Source: Raillietiella orientalis
Taxonomy: Eukaryota
Length of the DNA stretch: 64,000 bases
Assembly (NCBI GenBank): GCA_036172245.1
Contig: JAYWIR010000018.1
Span: 806,001 to 870,000 of the forward strand
Reading direction: 5' to 3'
Positions 59,000-64,000 of the stretch are shown piece after piece (positions within the stretch are counted from its first letter, which is position 1; the number at the start of each line of letters is the position of its first letter). The notes beneath the pieces were generated by a model, which was given only the letters and a program-made list of their open reading frames with translations, was not told the origin of the DNA and searched no databases. The position numbers and the translations under genes were made by a program.

Positions 59000-60900
59000 A
59001 ATGAATAGAACTACCAGCAGAAACTACAGGAACAGAAACTACCAGCCTTGCCCGCGACTGGAAATGGACCCGTGCACTGCATTCACGGTGACTCGGGAAA
59101 AACCAGTTTCCATGATAACCAAGATGCGTTCCACGACCGATCTCATTCTAGCTCATTCCTTCTCAAGAAGGAAACACATCTAAGAGGATGAGAGTGCGTG
59201 CTTTCTCAGCATCCAGAAAAGTGAGCTAAGGGAGTCCAGTCAAAAGGAAGCCACATGGGGATTCTTTCTGACCATGTGGGACTTCGTCTTGCAGAGGTAG
59301 ACAGACCACCTCATGCAGTGGAACCACCATCTCTGATGGGTTCTGTCCAGAAAGACTTCTCGCAAGAAACACGGCGACCGGAAGATTTCAATCAAGCAAG
59401 GTCGGCAGAGGTTTCCAAGTACCTCACCGTGGGCCAAAGTTGCGACAGGCGGAAGCAAACCGAGTGCCCCGAAATGGCTGGTATCGTGCGGCTGCAGCCG
59501 GAAGTCTTTTGCAGCCGAAGAGCTGTTGGATCGCATTCAGGGGAAAGTCATGCTGAGGAAAACTACAAAAGAGACTTCTCTAAAGAAGCGATCCAAGCTT
59601 CCATCTGTCACGAATGCTACTAGGAGACGTGAAGGATGGCTTCACGTCTCCCGATAATGCAAGTTCCGTTTCCCAGCATCTGCTCCTGGAGCTGCAGCAT
59701 TGTGCAAGGTTCACACGCAGCCGAACCTGCGAATCTGCGAATTCCCTCATCGAATTCCATTTTCCATTTGTGCGCCGCGTCCACAAAGATTTGATGGCGC
59801 GGGCCAGATGACGTTGGTAGCTGCAAGCAGATTTGCCACGCATGCTGGCAGCTCTGTTTCGCCATCAGGGCCATGTTTTGACAGTGGTTTCCAGGACAGA
59901 CGCAGCCACCTTCTCGTCAATCAGCCAGCGGATCCACGGCAGTGCACGTGTGTCTCGCGACCACGGAACGAACGTCGCCCGCCAGCTGTAAGGAAGGAGC
60001 GAACCGATCACGCTCAAGATGGCGACAATTTTTAAGAGGAATACTTTTGCAAGGACGCATTCTCAAGTGATGACTTTGCTCCGTTCCTCAGCATCCGAAT
60101 GGTGGATGGGCAAGAGCTCTGCCAGGCAAAGCCGATGTTGGTGCCAGAGCAGAGCAAGCCGAAGATGACATGGAGATGCAGCATTCGAACCACACACGGG
60201 GAAGAAAAGATACCTCCGGCATGCGAAGGCAGCATAGCTCTTTTCCATAACAAATCACCCAGACCAAGGGAGCAACGCATCCTGCAGAACTGTGGAGTTG
60301 GGATTACAGATTGGTCCATGCAGAGTGGCTAAATGTGTGTTGTGTGGGCATCGTCCGCCAGCAAAGGCGCGGACCAGGTGTGTAGGGGGAACTCAGTCCA
60401 GCCACATCCTCCAGCCACCGTATCAGCAAGTCAGATCCGCGTAATCGCGGCTGTGGTTATTGAGTCGCGCAAGGTCCGAACCATCCCCCTTAGGGATCGG
60501 CGCCGAGCTGGACGCGTTGTGGTTTCGAGTCCCCCCAGAGGATGGATGCCGATGGAATAGAGCCGGGATCGGCGTGTCCGCCAGTGGAGGTTTCTCGTCA
60601 GCGGATCAGGGAGTGATTCCCTCCGGAGTCCTTCTGTCCCACTTCATGCGCACTTTGGGTGCGTGACAGCTCCCATGATGAGAAGGTGCCGCGACAAAAA
60701 GAACCAGAGTTCCCTTTCGGAGCTTCCAGACCTCCGATGGAGCATGCGCGTGGGATCGTAGGGGCAGAAGAGCCAGGGAAACTCCCGGTTCTCTCGGCTC
60801 GACGCGGGTCAGGATCGAAAAAGGCGGCTTCTCCGCGCTTTCCGAAGGGATGCTCCTGTGTGCGAGAGGGACCTCTCCTAGATGAAGAAGGGTCATTTCG
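59000..60900 (+). mobile_element. Degenerate family A-like LINE 3' part
   Basis: VSKYL, LLGDVKDGFTSPD (resembles L..P...GG.G.PD), QNCG finger trace. 60505-60520 gagctggacgcgttgtgg matches 13674-13691. Confidence 0.45.
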
Positions 60901-63900
60901 AAGACTCAGAATCTGCAACCCGAGCGCAAGAAGGAGCTGCCGGGTCTGAAGGAAGGAACGGCGAGGAGGTGCTCGACTAAAACAGGAAATCAGGAGTGCA
61001 CGCTCCCGTTTTTTCCACTGGGCAGCACTGGCAGCGACTGCCAGGACTCCGAGCGAAGGTTCCGCGGCTCCAGACGCGCGTCTGGAGCCGCGGACGCATA
61101 TCTCAGTCGGACGCGAAACTGCTCGCGGTAGCGTGGACGAGCCCACGCCTCTTTGGAGCTCGGGCACATCGCTCGTCGACGAGTTCGACGCGGTTTCTCC
61201 CTCTGGGAAGAGCCCTGCATTGAGGAGCTAAGCTCGGCGATGTGAGCGGGCGGGGGGAGAAGTAAGGGTTTTTTGTTTTCTCCAAATCGCACGCTTCTTC
61301 ACAATTTTACCTAACCTTGTCAGCGACTGAAGAATGTCAGAACTTCTTTGGGCGTTTCTCAACGATGGCGACTTTTTGCTAACCGGAAGAAAATTCGATC
61401 CTCTTTCTTCCTTCGCCTCCTCCCCTTTTCCTTTCTCTCAAAAGACACGATCGTTCCTGCCACAACGACATCGAGATGAGTACAAGAGACGAAGGGTCCT
61501 GCCGTTGAACTGATGGTGCTTCAGCTCTCAGTGTCAGTCTTTCCGGAAACAGGTTTTCCTTTCTCCAGAGTTCCCCCGATGAGATCCTGAATGCGCAGTC
61601 TGCCGAATGCTCACTGCGTTCAGCCGGCTTCGTCGCGAACCCATTTGCTCGAGGCAGCCGCGAGCGGTGGCGGGAACGAGCAAGATCCCCCTTCCTGACC
61701 TCTCCCTTCAGGGACACTCAGGAACAAAATTTTCTGCGGCTCTGAACAAGCAGGTGGGAATCCCTGCGGCATCGGCAGGGCTGCTGCCGAGGCAGGAAAC
61801 TCCTTGCGATGGCGGCGACTTCGAGTCTTTCCAGCATCCAGAGCAGCGAGACATCGCAAGCCCTGATTGATGAGCGAAAAACCCTGGAGAGGGAAAGGTC
61901 GAGTGCCGCGTCAGGATTTCAGCCACCTTCTTGCCAGAGGAGGGGGCAGCACCTGCGCTTTGTGGACTGCAGATTCGTGCAGGCTGCACACCTTAATCTT
62001 TCCTGTGTGTCCTGGAAAGGAAGGGGGGGGGGAAGAGTCAGTCCCGCCGTAGGTGCCAGAAATGGGAAGGGACGCCGCCATACATCTGAAATCATTGCGT
62101 GTGGTACTTGCATCCCCGTTCCAGGTGCCACGACGCATTAGTAAGCATGAAATCAAGAGTTGCCCGGCACGCAGCCACCGTCGCAGGAGCTGACCTCGTC
62201 CTGAGAAAAGGAAATTGCGTCATCACAGTGGACGCTTGATGCGTATTCGAAAGTTCGAGAAGCCTCACGGAAGAAAAAAAGGGAAAGCGTTGGAACCGCG
62301 GATGCTTCCTTTCACTCGCAGCAGGAGCCCGAGTGCCGACTCGCTCGATCGTCGCTGGGTCATCGGTCGGTCATTAGGATTCCAAGACGACTCCTTGGAA
62401 GAGCTGGAAGTTTCAGAACGGTCCATGAGGACCGGCTCTTTTTGCCGAGGGATCGCGTGGAACGAAGGGGTCCGAGATCGTCACAATCTTCACCGTCTTC
62501 GTATCGCATTCTCATGAAGTCGCCGTTTCATTTCCAAGAATCCTCCGTCCACGTTCGCATCAGCTGACATCACTTCGGGGACTCTAGTGGTTCTGACGAT
62601 TCCTTCCTCAAAGGAGGTTCCAATCTATAAATCCAATATATATCGCATACTGGATACTCGTGACAAGCCATAAGACGCCCGGTTTTTGTCAAGGAGTAGC
62701 CGAGAGATCGTTAGTTCCATCATCGCTTCTTCATGCTGGGGAACACAATAGCCTAAAGAGCCCACTATTAGGGTGCTGAAGGTCACTTGAGAATCCATAA
62801 TCGACACATGATCCTGAAACCGTCTCGTCTTTCTTGGTCCATCTGGAAGAGCCGGCAACTCCGCAGTGCAGACGGTCGCTACAGGCTGAACACCTACCGA
62901 CTGGAGAATACCCGTCCCACCGCATCTCCGAAACTCCTCCTCTTCTCGAGACCGGCGTCGAGGAGCTTCTACCTTCTGCGGCAAGGGCGGGGCTGCGGTC
63001 GCCACCGACAGGAGGGGCAAATTCGCTCTCGGAGCTGCTGAGGCAAGTCCAGCCGGATGAGCAGCGACGTCGAGCGCACGTGGACCCCGGACAGGCGGCT
63101 TCCGGTCGCACAGAGGACATTCGTCGACATTCCAGCAGGCAGAGAGCTGAATCGCCGCGAGAGGCGCTACGTGGGACCAGGATGGGAGGAGGGAATCATC
63201 TCCAGCCTGCGTGTATCCAGCCTCCGATGCCAGGAGACGTGTCTCTCTCTTGTAGCGGGACTCCCTGACTGAAGTCGCGCCACGTTCTGTACTAGGCGTC
63301 ACCGTTCTCCGGGACGTTCCCCACTCATTGCCTGCGGAGCATCCTCCACGTACCTGCGCAGCGGGGATACATCGTGTGAGGTTTCTTGAGAGCTGCACCC
63401 CCCCTCCAGCAGTGACGCGGACAGGACCTGTAAGAGGAACGCGGTGCAAGAGTCCCTCGACCACATCTCCAGCACCTCTCTCAAGCAACACAAACCGGCA
63501 GACACCGGCCAGAGAGCCGGCATCCAGGATCCAGGAAGACGCCCGAGAACACTGGAGTTGATGTTTCCAAACCAGCCCGTTCGTGAAGGGGTGAGGAGGA
63601 CTCCGAGCTTTCGTGTCCCTTTCCCTTCCTCGCCACCCTGTCAGCTTCCTTCAGAAGAGTCCAGACGGAAAAAGGAAGGCAGGACAGAGGTAGGGGAGAA
63701 TGGGTCTCTTCCTCGGCTCCCCTCCAGAGAAAGGAGCACGCTTGCATCGGTGCGGGCGATCGTTGTCGGGGACTCGCCGAGATCGTGTGGCTGGCTGAGA
63801 CGCCGACGCAACGCAGAAACTGGAAGGGGAGGGGATCGCTGGCAGGCGGAAGCAACGAGTGCGTAGGGAGAGGGAACTGGGGTGCTGACTCACTTTCGCG

Positions 63901-64000
63901 ATGCGTGCTGGAGGCATCCCTTGAATCACCGGCAGCAACGAAGCAGCCGTCGGGAGAAGCGCAGGACGGGACGGTCAGAAATCAATTGAGGAAGAGGAGT

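Noticed and set aside
62625..63491. 288-aa minus-strand ORF containing ECPLC, a possible LINE zinc finger
   Set aside because: No properly spaced H and C follow and there are no other supporting motifs.
1..64000. CRISPR array, rRNA or prokaryotic operon/defence system
   Set aside because: No regularly spaced repeats, rRNA-like sequence or operon-like gene packing. The content is eukaryotic transposon-derived.

Overview
Eukaryotic (probably animal) genomic DNA that is mostly a graveyard of non-LTR retrotransposons. I found no intact host gene, and most long ORFs in the GC-rich middle look spurious. The first 10.8 kb resolves into a four-level nest. (1) A plus-strand L1/Tx1-type LINE tail ('family B', 1-1335, resuming at 10575-10606) is split by (2) a full-length, decayed minus-strand L1/Tx1-type element ('family A', 1750-10568: RRM-like plus three-zinc-knuckle ORF1; APE-RT-CCHC ORF2). 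(3) Element A is split at its QWRPI motif by a 5'-truncated NeSL/Utopia-like restriction-endonuclease element (4469-7646). (4) That element is split by another family B copy (4861-6956) with a perfect 17-bp target-site duplication (TSD). The most striking observation is that element A begins with a U1 snRNA-like head: ATACTTACCTGGC, GATC at U1 positions 28-31 and a stem-loop-I-like fold, preceded by a stutter of the U1 5' end. This suggests a LINE transcribed from, fused to or targeting U1 genes. Other features: tail-less family B 3' ends with a conserved hairpin after AATAAA, a tRNA-like motif and cUUCGg hairpins at the 3' end of family A, a mariner MITE built from two 3' ends (30168-30652), an unidentified intronless coding sequence in two inverted decayed copies (about 17.4-17.9 and 24.1-24.7 kb), and many more degenerate LINE fragments. 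All alignments and translations were done by eye. Boundaries of the decayed fragments are approximate.
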